A DNA stretch of 41,050 nt from positions 1-41,050 of the forward strand of contig JBMFVR010000001.1 of the NCBI GenBank assembly GCA_049965895.1, in the 5' to 3' direction. The translations under genes were made by a program, and so were the position numbers. Numbering within the stretch: position 1 is the first letter of the stretch; each line of letters opens with the position of its first letter. The notes under the pieces were generated by a model. The model was not told where the DNA came from, did not search any database, and was given only the letters and a program-made list of their open reading frames with translations. This DNA is from Nitrososphaeria archaeon (GTDB lineage Archaea > Thermoproteota > Nitrososphaeria > Conexivisphaerales > UBA164). Of this stretch, positions 18,369 to 28,001 are shown one piece after another.

Positions 18369-19351
18369 CACTGGGATTAGGAATAGAAAGCACAGCCCAT
18401 ACATTTAGTGCCTCCGTAATTGATGATAAAGGAAAAATATACGCAAACATAAAAAGCGTATATAAGCCGCCCTCAGGTTCTGGCATCCATCCAAGGGAGG
18501 CCTCTAGGCATCATGCGGAAGCCGCCCCCTCAGTTTTAATGTCGGCGCTTAAAGAATCAAATATAGATTATAAATCCCTTGACTTTATAGCTTATTCTGC
18601 TGGGCCTGGTTTGGGGCCATGTCTAAGAGTAGGTGCAACCATAGCCAGGTTCATATCAGCCTATTATGGCATACCATTGGTACCTGTTCATCATGGGGTA
18701 GGTCACATAGAACTGGGTTCAATGTTAACTGATGCCAGCGATCCTCTTGTCTTGCTTTTGTCTGGTGGTCACACCATGGTTCTGGCAGCAGTAAATGGAA
18801 GATGGAGAGTTTTTGGAGAAACTCTTGACCTGACGCTAGGGCAGCTGATAGATCAATTTGGAAGGGCAATAGGTCTCGCTTCCCCCGCAGGCCCAGCAGT
18901 GGAAAGGCTAGCAGAAAAAGGAACTAGTTACATAGATATGCCATATGTAGTAAAAGGTAACGACCTTTCATTTTCAGGTTTACTGACATCTGTAAAAAGA
19001 AAGATATTCAGTGAATCACGGGAGAACCTTGCGTTTTCGCTGCAGGAAACGGCATTTGCGATGTTATCAGAAGTTACAGAAAGAGCTCTTGCACTAATTC
19101 ATAAAAAGGAGTTGCTCATTGTAGGGGGGGTTGCAGCAAATGTCAGACTTCAGCAGATGATGAAATTAGTATCAAAAAGGCACGAATGTGAAATAAAGAG
19201 CGTGCCGATAGAATATGCGGGGGATTGTGGGGCACAAATAGCATGGACCGGTTTACTTTACTTTAAAAGAGGGTATACAGTTCAGCCGCAGCGTGCTTTT
19301 GTAAGCCAGTCTTGGAGAATAGATGAAGTGAAATTACCATGGAGAAGTTAA
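18365..19351 (+). CDS. kae1: tRNA N6-adenosine threonylcarbamoyltransferase Kae1
   Basis: The motifs LGIESTAHT, SAGPGLGPCLRVG, HHGVGHIE and LLLSGGHT fit Kae1. The ATG at 18365 forms an ATGA overlap with the moaE stop. The listed ORF begins at a GTG at 18353. Confidence 0.9.
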   Translation: MTLGLGIESTAHTFSASVIDDKGKIYANIKSVYKPPSGSGIHPREASRHHAEAAPSVLMSALKESNIDYKSLDFIAYSAGPGLGPCLRVGATIARFISAYYGIPLVPVHHGVGHIELGSMLTDASDPLVLLLSGGHTMVLAAVNGRWRVFGETLDLTLGQLIDQFGRAIGLASPAGPAVERLAEKGTSYIDMPYVVKGNDLSFSGLLTSVKRKIFSESRENLAFSLQETAFAMLSEVTERALALIHKKELLIVGGVAANVRLQQMMKLVSKRHECEIKSVPIEYAGDCGAQIAWTGLLYFKRGYTVQPQRAFVSQSWRIDEVKLPWRS

Positions 19352-19968
19352 TTGCTAGAGGGGCAGAAGCAGACATTTATTATGGAAAGTGGGGACCTTT
19401 AAAAGCAATTTATAAGGTGCGCACCTGCAAGCCATATATGGTAAGGGAACTGGATGAAAGGATCAGACGGTTGAGAACAGTAAGAGAGGCAAAGATGTTA
19501 AGAACTGCAAGAAGCGTTGTGGATACACCACATGTGTTTTATGTTTCCCCAAAAAAGTTTACAATAATTATGGAATACATAGATGGAAAAAGGATGCTAG
19601 ATATCATAGACAGAGAACCGGTCAAGGGAAGAGTTATGGGGGAAATTTTGGGGAGATTGCATATGCTAAACATAATACATGGTGATCCCAACACTGCAAA
19701 TTTTATTTTTAATAGTGTAAAAGGAAAATGGTTTTTAGTTGATTTTGGGCTATCATATATGAGTTCTAGAAGGGAGGACATGGCCGTGGACCTGCATCTA
19801 GCCAAGGAAGTGATTTATGTTCAGCATCCAGCCCGATTTAATGAAATTATGGAGGGATTTTATCAGGGCTACACAAGCGTTTTGAGCGGTGGTGAAGAAA
19901 TAATAAAAAAGATTGAAGAAATAGAAAAAAGGGGGAGGTATGCGCGCAATAGATCATTTTATTTTTGA
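19339..19968 (+). CDS. bud32: Bud32/PRPK atypical protein kinase (KEOPS subunit)
   Basis: It has the RIO-like kinase motifs GAEADIY and IIHGDPNTANFIF...LVDFGLS. It overlaps the kae1 3' end by 13 nt and is not fused to it. Confidence 0.85.
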   Translation: MEKLIARGAEADIYYGKWGPLKAIYKVRTCKPYMVRELDERIRRLRTVREAKMLRTARSVVDTPHVFYVSPKKFTIIMEYIDGKRMLDIIDREPVKGRVMGEILGRLHMLNIIHGDPNTANFIFNSVKGKWFLVDFGLSYMSSRREDMAVDLHLAKEVIYVQHPARFNEIMEGFYQGYTSVLSGGEEIIKKIEEIEKRGRYARNRSFYF

Positions 19969-20124
19969 GTTTGCGTGAGCCAGAGGAAACTAGAACCCAT
20001 CAGGATGTAATATTTTAACAGTATTATGCGACACTGTTAATAAAGTGTGGAATTTAAACGCTTTAGCTGAAGGGTAATTTACATTACCGCATTTCTTTTA
20101 AACCGGGCTCAGCAAATATCGGGC

Positions 20125-21219
20125 ATGGTTGACCTATTAGAATATGAAGGGAAACAGATATTTCAGAAATACAAAATACCAGTTCCAGAATTTAAGGTAA
20201 TAAGGAACGAAAATGATATACCAGAATTTTCTGATAAGAAGGTGGTAAAGGCTCAGGTTCCGGTTGGAGGGAGGGGAAAGAGAGGAGGTGTGATCTTGGT
20301 AAATTCAAAACAGGAGGCGCTCAGCGCGATTGAGAATATAAGGAAAATTGATTTTGACGGTCATAGGGCGGAAACATTTCTCTTAGAAAAAGCTTACATG
20401 GCAGTTAAAGAACTTTATTTAAGTGTTACGTTGGATAGAAGCAAAGAACTTCCAGTTGTGCTTGCTTCTGCAGAAGGGGGAGTGGATATAAATTCCGTTT
20501 CTCCTGAAAAAATATACAGACACCACATAGTGCCATACATAGGTATACCACAGTATGTAAAAAGGGAACTCGCTGAATTTCTCGGGTTAAGGGACAGGCA
20601 GATTTATGAAATTGTTGATGCGCTTTATTCAATATATGATGAAATGGATGCCAGCCTGGTTGAAATAAATCCACTTATCATTTCAGAAAGTGGCCTGATG
20701 GCCCTAGATTCTAAAATTACGATAGAAGATGATGCGTTGTTTAGGCATCGTGATATTGAGCCAAGATTTTACGGCCTTGATCCAGTAGAAATCGAGGCAA
20801 AGAAAAAGGAACTTTCGTTTGTTAGATTGGAAGGTGATATAGGGATTATAGCTAACGGTGCGGGTCTTAACATGGCCACAATTGACCTGATAAGCCTAAA
20901 GGGAGGCAAGCCAGCTAATTTCTTTGATTTAGGAGGAACAGATGATCCAGAAAAGGTAATTGAGGCGCTAAAACTCGAATCAAAGGTTGTCAGCAAGGTG
21001 CTTTTTATAAATATCTTTGGAGGGGTTACAAGGTGCGATACTGTAGCAACTGGAATAGTAAAGTCGGTTAAGGAATTAAAACCAAAATTCAAAATAGTTG
21101 TTCGCCTTAGAGGTGCAAATGAAGAACAGGGAAGGCGCATTTTGCAGGAAAATGGCATAGAATCCATTTTAAATCTTGATCAGGCTATTGATAGGGTGGT
21201 AAAATTGGCAGGTGAATAA
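20125..21219 (+). CDS. sucC: Succinyl-CoA synthetase beta subunit
   Basis: It has an ATP-grasp N-terminus (LLEYEGKQIFQKYKIPVP) and a ligase-CoA C-terminal domain (GIIANGAGLNMATIDL). Confidence 0.9.
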   Translation: MVDLLEYEGKQIFQKYKIPVPEFKVIRNENDIPEFSDKKVVKAQVPVGGRGKRGGVILVNSKQEALSAIENIRKIDFDGHRAETFLLEKAYMAVKELYLSVTLDRSKELPVVLASAEGGVDINSVSPEKIYRHHIVPYIGIPQYVKRELAEFLGLRDRQIYEIVDALYSIYDEMDASLVEINPLIISESGLMALDSKITIEDDALFRHRDIEPRFYGLDPVEIEAKKKELSFVRLEGDIGIIANGAGLNMATIDLISLKGGKPANFFDLGGTDDPEKVIEALKLESKVVSKVLFINIFGGVTRCDTVATGIVKSVKELKPKFKIVVRLRGANEEQGRRILQENGIESILNLDQAIDRVVKLAGE

Positions 21220-21221
21220 AA

Positions 21222-22091
21222 TTGGCAATAATAATTGATGATAAAAACCTCCCTGTTATAGTACAGGGTATAACTGGCCACCAGGGAAGCTTTCACGCCC
21301 AGCAGATGAAACTATTTGGGACAAACATAGTGGGCGGCGTAACGCCTGGGAGGAGTGGAACACAGGCAGTGGGAGTGCCTGTATTTGATTCTGTAAAGGA
21401 AGCTGTAGAAAACACTGGGGCAAGGGCATCAGTAGTATTTGTACCAGCTCCTTATGCATCAGATGCTATAATCGAAGCCATTGATGCTGGATTAAAGCTG
21501 ATTGTGATTATAACTGAACACATACCGTTTCATGACATGGTAAAATTAAAGCTCTATGCTCAGCTTAAAGGTTCAAGACTCATAGGACCTAATGGGCCAG
21601 GCATCACCTCGGTAGGCCTAGCTAAGCTAGGGATAATGCCAAATTCAATATTTAGGAAGGGCAATGTAGGGGTAGTATCAAGGAGCGGAACTCTGACATA
21701 CGAAATAGTTAATTCGATAAGTGAGTCAGGATTAGGAGAAACAACAGTAATTGGCATTGGCGGTGATCAGGTAGTTGGCACAAAAATGCAGGACACAGTA
21801 CAGCTTTTTGAAAAAGATCAAGAAACAAAGGCGATAGTGATGGTTGGAGAAATAGGCGGAACGGCGGAGGAGGAAACTGCAGAAATAATCAAAAACAGTG
21901 TCAGTAAGCCTGTGGTTGGATTTATAGCTGGCAGATACGCTCCTCCCGGCAAGAGAATGGGGCACGCAGGTGCAATAATAACCGGTAGCAAGGGCACTGC
22001 GGACAGCAAAATAATGGCTTTAAACGAAGCAGGCATAAAGGTAGCTAGTACACCAACCGAAATACCAAAAATACTAAAACAAATTATCTGA
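21222..22091 (+). CDS. sucD: Succinyl-CoA synthetase alpha subunit
   Basis: The motifs VIVQGITGHQGSFH and the phosphohistidine loop RMGHAGAII fit SucD. The start is TTG. Confidence 0.9.
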   Translation: MAIIIDDKNLPVIVQGITGHQGSFHAQQMKLFGTNIVGGVTPGRSGTQAVGVPVFDSVKEAVENTGARASVVFVPAPYASDAIIEAIDAGLKLIVIITEHIPFHDMVKLKLYAQLKGSRLIGPNGPGITSVGLAKLGIMPNSIFRKGNVGVVSRSGTLTYEIVNSISESGLGETTVIGIGGDQVVGTKMQDTVQLFEKDQETKAIVMVGEIGGTAEEETAEIIKNSVSKPVVGFIAGRYAPPGKRMGHAGAIITGSKGTADSKIMALNEAGIKVASTPTEIPKILKQII

Positions 22092-22175
22092 TAATATAAA
22101 AATAAGCACATTAAATTATATGAAAAACGTCAAGGGTAAACTTATTTAGGGAGCAAAGAGATTATTATTCTGAAT

Positions 22176-23399
22176 ATGACATTTAGAATCGCTCTTATTG
22201 GGAAAACAAATGCAGGTAAAACGACTATATTTGATACGGCCACAGGCATAAATGCTCCAATAGGCAATTATACCTTCACTACAAAGGAACCATCAGTTGG
22301 CATAGCCTATGTAACTTCCCCATGTGTTCACAAAGAGTTTGGAGTAAACGATAATCCTATTAATTCAAAATGCGTGGCGGGCTGGAGGTATATACCGATT
22401 GAGCTCATGGATATGCCTGGGCTTATAAAAGGCGCAAGTGCAGGCAGAGGTCTGGGTACTAGGTTTCTTGCTGTGGCAGCAACATCAGATGCCTTCCTGC
22501 ACGTGGTTGATGCTTCAGGGAGTATAGATGAGGATGGTAAAATAGCAGAACCAGGTTCTGGGAATCCCCTGCTAGATTATAGGGAAATAGAGGGTGAGAT
22601 TATTCAGTGGTACAAAAGCATACTTGAAAATAACATTGAAAAAATTATAAAAAAAATTGAAGAAAGCAAAACCGAAATGGAAGCTTTTAATGCAATATAT
22701 GAAGTGCTGGCAGGAATAAAAGTTACCAAGGATCACATTATACAGGCCCTTGGCGATATTGAAAAATCACCCTATGACGTAAAAAATATGAAAGATAAAG
22801 AGCTGTGGGCGCTAGCATCAAAAATAAGGGAAATATCGAAACCAACACTTGTTATAGCCAACAAAATGGACATACCTACGGCCGAACAGGGATTCAAAAG
22901 CCTTAAGGAGACTCTAAAGGATAAAATAATAGTTCCTGTGAGCGGAAACTATGAGCTCATACTCAAAAAGGCTGTTGAAAGAAATGTCATAGAGTTCAAT
23001 GCGGCTGAGGATAACTACATAATAAAGGAGGCTGGCCTTTTAAAATCTGAAGAAAAGAGGGCTCTGGATTTTGTTAACAAGTTTTCCATGAAGGAAATGA
23101 TGAGAACAGGTATTCAGTTCGCCATCAATGTAGGAACGTTTAAGCTCTTAAGAATGAATGTAGTATATCCTGTAGCCGATCTTAACAAGTTATCAGATAA
23201 AAAGGGTCATGTGTTGCCAGACGCGATGCTTGTGCCAGACGGTACAACTGTTAAGGATCTTGCGGCGCAGATCCATACAGACTTGGCCAAGGGGCTTCTA
23301 TATGCAATAGATGCGAGGACCGGTCTCAGACTGCCCCCCACCTATAAATTAAAGGATAGGGACGTTATCAGCATCGTATCAGCCACAAGAAAGCAATAA
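22176..23399 (+). CDS. Obg/DRG-family GTPase with C-terminal TGS domain
   Basis: It has G1 GKTNAGKT, G3 DMPG and G4 NKMD, plus a C-terminal TGS-like segment (YKLKDRDVISIVS). Confidence 0.75.
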   Translation: MTFRIALIGKTNAGKTTIFDTATGINAPIGNYTFTTKEPSVGIAYVTSPCVHKEFGVNDNPINSKCVAGWRYIPIELMDMPGLIKGASAGRGLGTRFLAVAATSDAFLHVVDASGSIDEDGKIAEPGSGNPLLDYREIEGEIIQWYKSILENNIEKIIKKIEESKTEMEAFNAIYEVLAGIKVTKDHIIQALGDIEKSPYDVKNMKDKELWALASKIREISKPTLVIANKMDIPTAEQGFKSLKETLKDKIIVPVSGNYELILKKAVERNVIEFNAAEDNYIIKEAGLLKSEEKRALDFVNKFSMKEMMRTGIQFAINVGTFKLLRMNVVYPVADLNKLSDKKGHVLPDAMLVPDGTTVKDLAAQIHTDLAKGLLYAIDARTGLRLPPTYKLKDRDVISIVSATRKQ

Positions 23400-23427
23400 A
23401 TATTGATTTCAGATTAAATTTTTGTTT

Positions 23428-24063
23428 TTAGGAATATTTGAGAGGTACAAAAACACATCCACCAAATTCTTCAATTCTCCCATCCTTCCAGACTCGCGTC
23501 AGTTCTTGATAGCTGCCTGACCCAAGCGGTGCGAGCACAAATCCATCATCTGAAAGCTGTTTTAATAAAATATTTGGAACCAAATTAGTGGAAGCCATTA
23601 TTACTATCCTGTCATATTTTGAATTTTCCGAATATGGCGGATAGCCAGCGGTACCATCCCCTAACACAGGAATCACATTTAAATAATTTTTAAGGTTGCC
23701 TTTGGCGAATCTATATAATTTGTAATTGTATTCTACAGTTACAACACCTCCAAGATATGCAACCTCAGAAATTAGGGCGGCACTATAACCACTTCCAGTG
23801 CCGATTTCCAAAACATTGTGCCACTTTTCAATTTCCATGGCTTCAAGCATAATTCCCAGCATACTAGGAGCTGAAATGGTCTGGCCGGTGTCGCCAAGCG
23901 GTATTGGTTCGTCTAAATAAGCATATTTTTCATAGCCGGGAAAAACAAACTTTGATCTATCAACTTTTAAAAACGCATTCTTAATTTTACGGCTTTTTAT
24001 AAGCCCTATTTCAACAATTTCATTTACCATACCTTCAAGAGAACCATTCATCAAGAGCACCAC
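23428..24063 (-). CDS. pcm: Protein-L-isoaspartate O-methyltransferase
   Basis: It has QTISAPSMLGIMLE and the SAM-binding motif VLEIGTGSGYSAALI. The listed start is GTG. In-frame ATGs at 24051 and 24030 are alternatives, and 24030 would remove the overlap with fen. Confidence 0.85.
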   Translation of the reverse strand: MVLLMNGSLEGMVNEIVEIGLIKSRKIKNAFLKVDRSKFVFPGYEKYAYLDEPIPLGDTGQTISAPSMLGIMLEAMEIEKWHNVLEIGTGSGYSAALISEVAYLGGVVTVEYNYKLYRFAKGNLKNYLNVIPVLGDGTAGYPPYSENSKYDRIVIMASTNLVPNILLKQLSDDGFVLAPLGSGSYQELTRVWKDGRIEEFGGCVFVPLKYS

Positions 24064-25057
24064 TTGCCGGCCTTTTTTTCAATCGATTGATTGCATTTTT
24101 GATCCTTTCTTCAGAAAAGTTCTTTTCTGAACATAGGAAACTGATAATGCCTTCTTGGTCTGGATTCTTCCATTCAAGCTTTTCTATATCGATAACGTTT
24201 GGCTTTAAGAAAATATTCCTTACCTGCGATATCAGGTCATCGGATATCATAGAATTTATATCCTTTATATTCTCCAAACTGCCGTACTGTTTTACCAGTT
24301 TTAAAGCTGTCTTGGGTCCTATCCCCTTAATTCCTTCATTGAAATCTGTTCCTATAATTATCGATATATCGACAAGCTGTTCTCTCGTAATTCCAAGTTT
24401 GCTAAAAACTTCTTCTGTTTCTACAATTTCAGGGGAAACATCTATATAAAAGTTCTTGCCAGGCAGTTTTCTTTTGCCTGAAACTGTGATGTTCCGTAAA
24501 AGACGGGGTGAGCCAAACAGAAGCGAATCATAGTCCTGTGATACAGACCCCCAAGTGTATCCTTTTGCTGCTAGATATGCGGCCTGCGCTTCACCCTCAC
24601 TGGGCGCCTGTACCCATGGTATTCCCATTAAGGTTAAGAGCGTTTTTGCATCGTTGACCATATAGGATTTTAATGTGGCTGCTCTTACAGAATAGCGCCT
24701 CATAAGTTCCTGATTTCCCTGAACTTTAGCTTCCTCATACAATTTTAAAGCTCCATCTCGCGTCATTTTTCTTTCACTTATTTCCTTGGCTTTAAGTTCG
24801 GGTGGGGTTCCGTCAAATACATAAACAGGTTTAATCCCCTTTTCAAGTAAATTTACAGTCCTATAAAAAAGGCCGCTGAGATGGCTTGTAATTAAGCCCT
24901 TGGAATCCATAAGTGGCGACCCATCCTCTCCCCTGATTATGGTTATAAATTGATAAAGGGCATTATAACCATCAATAGACAATTTTTTATTATTAAGTGT
25001 ATCTAAAGTTATGCTCTTCTTATTATCCCCTATTATGGGCGAAAGATCAACGCCCAA
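24035..25057 (-). CDS. fen: Flap endonuclease 1 (FEN-1)
   Basis: It has XPG-N/XPG-I blocks (SIDGYNALYQF, VFDGTPPELK, PSEGEAQAAYL, SQDYDSLLFG), an H3TH motif (GIGPKTALKL) and a C-terminal PIP-like LDEWF. Confidence 0.9.
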   Translation of the reverse strand: MGVDLSPIIGDNKKSITLDTLNNKKLSIDGYNALYQFITIIRGEDGSPLMDSKGLITSHLSGLFYRTVNLLEKGIKPVYVFDGTPPELKAKEISERKMTRDGALKLYEEAKVQGNQELMRRYSVRAATLKSYMVNDAKTLLTLMGIPWVQAPSEGEAQAAYLAAKGYTWGSVSQDYDSLLFGSPRLLRNITVSGKRKLPGKNFYIDVSPEIVETEEVFSKLGITREQLVDISIIIGTDFNEGIKGIGPKTALKLVKQYGSLENIKDINSMISDDLISQVRNIFLKPNVIDIEKLEWKNPDQEGIISFLCSEKNFSEERIKNAINRLKKRPASGALDEWFS

Positions 25058-25104
25058 TTTGCCAAATATTTGTAAAACCGCCTTTTAACCTTTTATTAAA
25101 CCCC

Positions 25105-25377
25105 TCAATCGATTTCCAGTCCCAGGTTTTCAGCAAAACTTGAGAATTTTCTATATTCATCTAAAAACATTGCACCATTTTTAGTTATCCTGTAATAGTT
25201 GCCGTCATCGTTTTTTATTGATTCAATCAGTTTCTTTTTAAGTAGTTCATCGAGAAGTTCAGTTAACCTTACGTAGGGTACATTGGCCTTTCTGACAAGG
25301 TCAGTGATCCTGGCACCATTTTCGGAATTCTCCAAAGCAACAAGAATGTCAACAATTATCTTAATCTGGCTTCTCAT
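25105..25377 (-). CDS. Small winged-helix DNA-binding protein (putative transcriptional regulator)
   Basis: The 90-aa protein has an HTH-like stretch (ITDLVRKANVPYVRLTELLDELLKKKLIE) followed by a wing (DGNYYRITKNG). It lies 1 nt downstream of the membrane-protein stop. Confidence 0.55.
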   Translation of the reverse strand: MRSQIKIIVDILVALENSENGARITDLVRKANVPYVRLTELLDELLKKKLIESIKNDDGNYYRITKNGAMFLDEYRKFSSFAENLGLEID

Positions 25378-25378
25378 A

Positions 25379-25876
25379 TCAGCGCACCAGTGCCGAAATC
25401 AGCAAAGAATACCCTACTAGCTGTACAATTAGTTGTACATCATTTGGTACCAAATATATTATTAACTGAAGGAAAATAGAAGCCGAAATCAACATAAAAC
25501 CAAGACCAGTTATTAAGTTGATCTTTTTACCACTCCTGCTGTAGAAGAGCACAGTTTCTATGCCTGCATAAAGAGAAAAGAAAAAGGCCAGTGTCTGGCC
25601 TATTGCCTCAGGGACTATCCCCAAAACCAGATATCGCCTTACTGTTTTTGCATGGCTTAGTGATGACAGAAAAAAGCCGGCGGCTTCAAACAGATATCCT
25701 ACAAAACTAAGATTGTAAAAATTTAAAAATAATCCAAGAGCTATAAGTAAAAAGGCAGCGAAACCAATTATAAATGTTGTGCTTTTAAGCTTAGAATATC
25801 CAAAAATAAAATAAAATGAAATGATTAACGAAACAGCAATACTAACAGAATAACTTACTATTCTAAGGTCCATCAT
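25379..25876 (-). CDS. Integral membrane protein of unknown function (about 5 predicted TM helices)
   Basis: Hydrophobic segments run throughout and no recognisable catalytic motif is present. Confidence 0.5.
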   Translation of the reverse strand: MMDLRIVSYSVSIAVSLIISFYFIFGYSKLKSTTFIIGFAAFLLIALGLFLNFYNLSFVGYLFEAAGFFLSSLSHAKTVRRYLVLGIVPEAIGQTLAFFFSLYAGIETVLFYSRSGKKINLITGLGFMLISASIFLQLIIYLVPNDVQLIVQLVGYSLLISALVR

Positions 25877-25926
25877 TTTATTTAAAGATTATTTGTATGC
25901 GCCCTTTAAAACTTTTTTAAAATGAG

Positions 25927-26001
25927 CGGGCCCGCCGGGATTTGAACCCGGGGCCTCCGGCTCCGAAGGCCAGCGCTCTATCCATGCTGAGCTACGGGCC
26001 C
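25927..26001 (-). tRNA. tRNA-Arg (anticodon UCG)
   Basis: The manual cloverleaf gives acceptor GGGCCCG/CGGGCCC, D arm GCUC/GAGC, anticodon arm CUGGC-CUUCGGA-GCCGG and T arm CCGGG-UUCAAAU-CCCGG. It is 75 nt. Confidence 0.9.
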
Positions 26002-26975
26002 ACTTTGGTAAAATCAAATGGTGGATAATAAATCCCCTTTTCAGTTATTATGGCTGTAATTAAATCCGGAGGGGTTATATCAAATGCTGGATTATATACC
26101 CCTACCCCCTTTGGTGCTGTCCTTCTTCCTCTAATTTGTGTAAGCTCGGAAGAATCCCTTTCTTCTATTTTTACGTCCTTAAGTTCACTTACTAGGTCAA
26201 GGGTCGAAGAAGGAAGTGCAACATAAAATGGTATATTGAACCTTTTAGCCATAGTAGCTACTTGGAAAGTTCCGATCTTGTTCATGGTTGTTCCATCTCT
26301 GAGCACCCTATCTGCTCCAACAATGACCTTATCTATCCTTCCCCTCAACATTGTGTATCCTACGGCTGTATCTGCTATTAATGTTACATCAAATCCGTCC
26401 TTTAACAGTTCATATGTGGTAAGTCTAGCCCCCTGCATAACCGGTCTAGTTTCTGTCGCATACACCTTCAATTTTTTACCCCTTTCCTTAGCAATCCTTA
26501 TTGGCGCAAGAGCCGTACCGTAATCAACTGTAGCTAGAGCGCCAGCATTGCAATGCGTAAGCACTGTATCACCATCTTCAAAAAACCTTTCTCCATTTTC
26601 CCCAATCTTTCTTGCGTTTGATAGTTCTTCATTGAAGATATTTACGGCTTCATTAATTGCTGCTTTATAGCTGTCCGCAGAATTTTTTGCAGCATTGAGA
26701 ACTCTATCAACAGCCCAAGCAAGATTTATAGCAGTAGGTCTGGCGCTTTTTAGCTTGATGGCTGCAGAATCTAGGTCTTTGCTGGGAGCTGTTAGCGCAA
26801 GCCCAAATGCAGCAACGACGCCTATTAAAGGGGCTCCCCTGACCACCATAGTCTTTATTGCGTTATAGGCATCCTCATAGGAACTTATTTTAACCCATTT
26901 TTCCCTTATTGGAAGTAACCTTTGATCCAGAACTTCTACGTTGTTATCGTTAATTCTGATCGGTCTCATGGTCAA
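25992..26975 (-). CDS. mtnA: Methylthioribose-1-phosphate isomerase (eIF-2B alpha/beta/delta-like family)
   Basis: The N-terminus LDQRLLPIREKWVKISSYEDAYNAIKTMVVRGAPLIG and the blocks THCNAGALAT and VGADRV fit the family. The subfamily call (MtnA versus ribose-1,5-bisphosphate isomerase) is less certain. Confidence 0.8.
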   Translation of the reverse strand: MTMRPIRINDNNVEVLDQRLLPIREKWVKISSYEDAYNAIKTMVVRGAPLIGVVAAFGLALTAPSKDLDSAAIKLKSARPTAINLAWAVDRVLNAAKNSADSYKAAINEAVNIFNEELSNARKIGENGERFFEDGDTVLTHCNAGALATVDYGTALAPIRIAKERGKKLKVYATETRPVMQGARLTTYELLKDGFDVTLIADTAVGYTMLRGRIDKVIVGADRVLRDGTTMNKIGTFQVATMAKRFNIPFYVALPSSTLDLVSELKDVKIEERDSSELTQIRGRRTAPKGVGVYNPAFDITPPDLITAIITEKGIYYPPFDFTKVGP

Positions 26976-27104
26976 CCTTAAGAAAAACGCAGTTTTATTC
27001 TTTTGCTATTTAATAAAAAATTATCTAACATCAGAGCCATTAGTTTCATTATTTGTGTAAAAGTCTACCTCAAATATTATAAACCAAAACATTACAGTAT
27101 TATT

Positions 27105-28001
27105 ATGGTAGAAAAACTGAAGGTTGGTTTCATAGGACTTGGTATAATGGGAAGATCCATGGCAACAAACATAGCTAAAGGAGGATTTGATTTGAGCGTT
27201 TATAATAGAACAAAATCCAAGCTCGACCCGTTCATAAAGCTGGGGGTAAAAATATCTAATTCTCCAGCAGAGGTAGCCATGAATAGCGATGTAACAATAA
27301 TAATGGTTACAGATGCACCAGATGTTGAAGAGGTTATATTTGGGAATAAAGGTTGGATTTATGGTGCTAAAGAAGGGAAAATTATAGTAGATATGAGCAC
27401 CAATTCCCCAAAGCATGCGGAAGAATTTGCAAATAGACTATCAAAAAGCGGTATAGAATTTTTGGACGCGCCAGTAACAGGGGGTGATATAGGGGCTAGG
27501 CAAGGCTCACTTACAATCATGGTCGGTGGTAAACAGGGTGTTTTTGAAAAGGTAAAACCAGTATTTGAAGTAATGGGTAAAACCATCATATATGCAGGAC
27601 CTACCGGATACGGTCAAAAGATGAAGCTTGTAAACCAGATAGCTATAGGATTAGAAACAGTTGCAATGGTCGAAGCAATGGAATTAGCAAAAGTCGCAGG
27701 ACTCGATATTAACCAAGTATATCAGTTACTCTCAACTGGCGGCGCTAGGTCGTTTACCATCGAATCATATATGCCCAGACTGATCAAAGGAGATATAGAA
27801 CCGGGATTTAAGGCATCTCATCTAAAAAAGGACCTCAGGTACGCCGAAGAACTTGCTAGCAGTATTAATGTGCCACTGCCAGGCGGGTCATTGGCATTGC
27901 AGCTGTTTACGGCTCTTACAAATATGGGAATGGGTGAAAAGGGGGTACATGCCCTGTTAAAACTATATGATGCCCTGAGTAATTCAAATGCGATGCATTG
28001 A
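27105..28001 (+). CDS. NAD(P)-dependent beta-hydroxyacid dehydrogenase (3-hydroxyisobutyrate / tartronate semialdehyde reductase family)
   Basis: It has the Rossmann motif VGFIGLGIMGRSMA at the proposed ATG (27105). The listed ORF extends 34 codons upstream from a TTG through AT-rich sequence. Confidence 0.8.
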   Translation: MVEKLKVGFIGLGIMGRSMATNIAKGGFDLSVYNRTKSKLDPFIKLGVKISNSPAEVAMNSDVTIIMVTDAPDVEEVIFGNKGWIYGAKEGKIIVDMSTNSPKHAEEFANRLSKSGIEFLDAPVTGGDIGARQGSLTIMVGGKQGVFEKVKPVFEVMGKTIIYAGPTGYGQKMKLVNQIAIGLETVAMVEAMELAKVAGLDINQVYQLLSTGGARSFTIESYMPRLIKGDIEPGFKASHLKKDLRYAEELASSINVPLPGGSLALQLFTALTNMGMGEKGVHALLKLYDALSNSNAMH

